DNA of 64,000 bases from Octopus sinensis (lineage: Eukaryota): contig NC_043003.1 of NCBI RefSeq assembly GCF_006345805.1, positions 79,856,001 through 79,920,000 of the forward strand, in the 5' to 3' direction. Below, in pieces: positions 63,191-64,000 of this stretch. How positions within the stretch are numbered: position 1 is the stretch's first letter; the number at the start of each line of letters is the position of its first letter. The notes beneath the pieces were generated by a model, which saw only the letters and a list, made by a program, of their open reading frames with translations, searched no databases and was not told where the DNA came from. A program made the position numbers and the translations under genes.

Positions 63191-63714
63191 TTTCATTATT
63201 CTTATTTCTCTAAAAATGTTCTACCCTTTTGTCATATTACTATCCACCGCTTTCTCCTCCTCCTCCTCATCATCAGAATCATAATTTTCTTCTTCCATCG
63301 TTACATTCGTCCGATAGGATTATTGTACTGCTATAATGGTACGGAATAGAAATGGTCGCTTACAGAAGGCAATAGAGAGATACGAAACGGCAGATCACCG
63401 ATCTGAATTCATTATGGCGTATTTAATTTACTCCATTTGCATTCACATTTAAATCTCTCTAGGATTCATTAAAATAACTAACTGATAGACATATTGTTCT
63501 GGGAACTCATCCCAATATAGTCTGTCTCTAGGACTTATGTGTGTCTTTTTCCTTGGTGAAATTAATCATGGTAATTGCAATCAATGGTAATTTACTGCTA
63601 ATTAGAAATTTCTAACAATGATACAAGGTCATCAATCCGCAGGATAAGATTACATGAATTGATCCCCTTAGTCAATTATTGCTAATTATTTTCCTGACCC
63701 CTACTTCCCAAATC

Positions 63715-63925
63715 TATGAAAAGCCTGAGAGACAGGAGGGTAAATATCAGTTTAAAATGTTGGCATAAGGCTAGCAGTTTCACCGCTCAACTGGTACTTA
63801 TTTTATTCAACCTGGGGTACAGAAGGCATAGCCAATCTCAGTGGAATTTGAATTCAGTAAAGACGGACGAGATGTCGCAAACAATTTTGCTTGGCGATCG
63901 AATTATTCTGTCAGCTCACTGCCAT
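63715..63925 (-). mobile_element. SINE family B, degenerate
   Basis: gttggcataaggctagcag..ctggtacttattttt..ggaatttgaattcag..agacggacgagat. Confidence 0.7.
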
Positions 63926-64000
63926 AAGGTTACTTATTTGGTCAGACGCTCAATGGTATTGCAGAGCAACCAGTCAATTTCCTGTAACTTAGGCAACAAG

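Noticed and set aside
3936-63284. Numerous YIYI/MCVC/poly-I/L/S/T ORFs in the track, including the 315-aa ORF at 56389
   Set aside because: Translations of di-, tri- and tetranucleotide repeats that lack stop codons by composition; not genes.
1-64000. CRISPR arrays, operons, rRNA or prokaryotic defence systems
   Set aside because: No regularly spaced repeat-spacer arrays, no dense ORFs and no rRNA motifs; the window is eukaryotic repeat-rich DNA.

Overview
This is AT-rich, repeat-saturated eukaryotic DNA, mostly intronic or intergenic. The SINE families, Dong/R4 LINEs and TA/TACA/AAT microsatellites resemble those I recall from octopus genomes; the species is an inference and was not checked. 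No intact protein-coding gene is demonstrable, and nearly all ORFs in the supplied track are translated microsatellites or antisense shadows. Identifiable content: two abundant tRNA-derived SINE families (called A and B here) plus a third; many decayed Dong/R4-clade RLE LINE fragments; an L1/Tx1-like LINE remnant; CR1/L2-like and RTE 3' ends; a mariner deletion derivative with both TIRs; a Tc1/mariner-like remnant; and non-autonomous Helitron pieces. There are also a few candidate plus-strand host exons, one ending like a GPI-anchor signal. The most striking signal is at 59-62.7 kb. A perfect 470-bp palindrome carries a complete type I hammerhead ribozyme motif in each arm, and a second, older inverted-repeat element carries another hammerhead motif. 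Both fit Penelope-like pLTR or retrozyme-type elements inserted head-to-head. Other fold-back structures include a 423-bp inverted copy of local DNA that splits a SINE and a perfect 58-bp hairpin. Most repeat boundaries were read by eye and are approximate.
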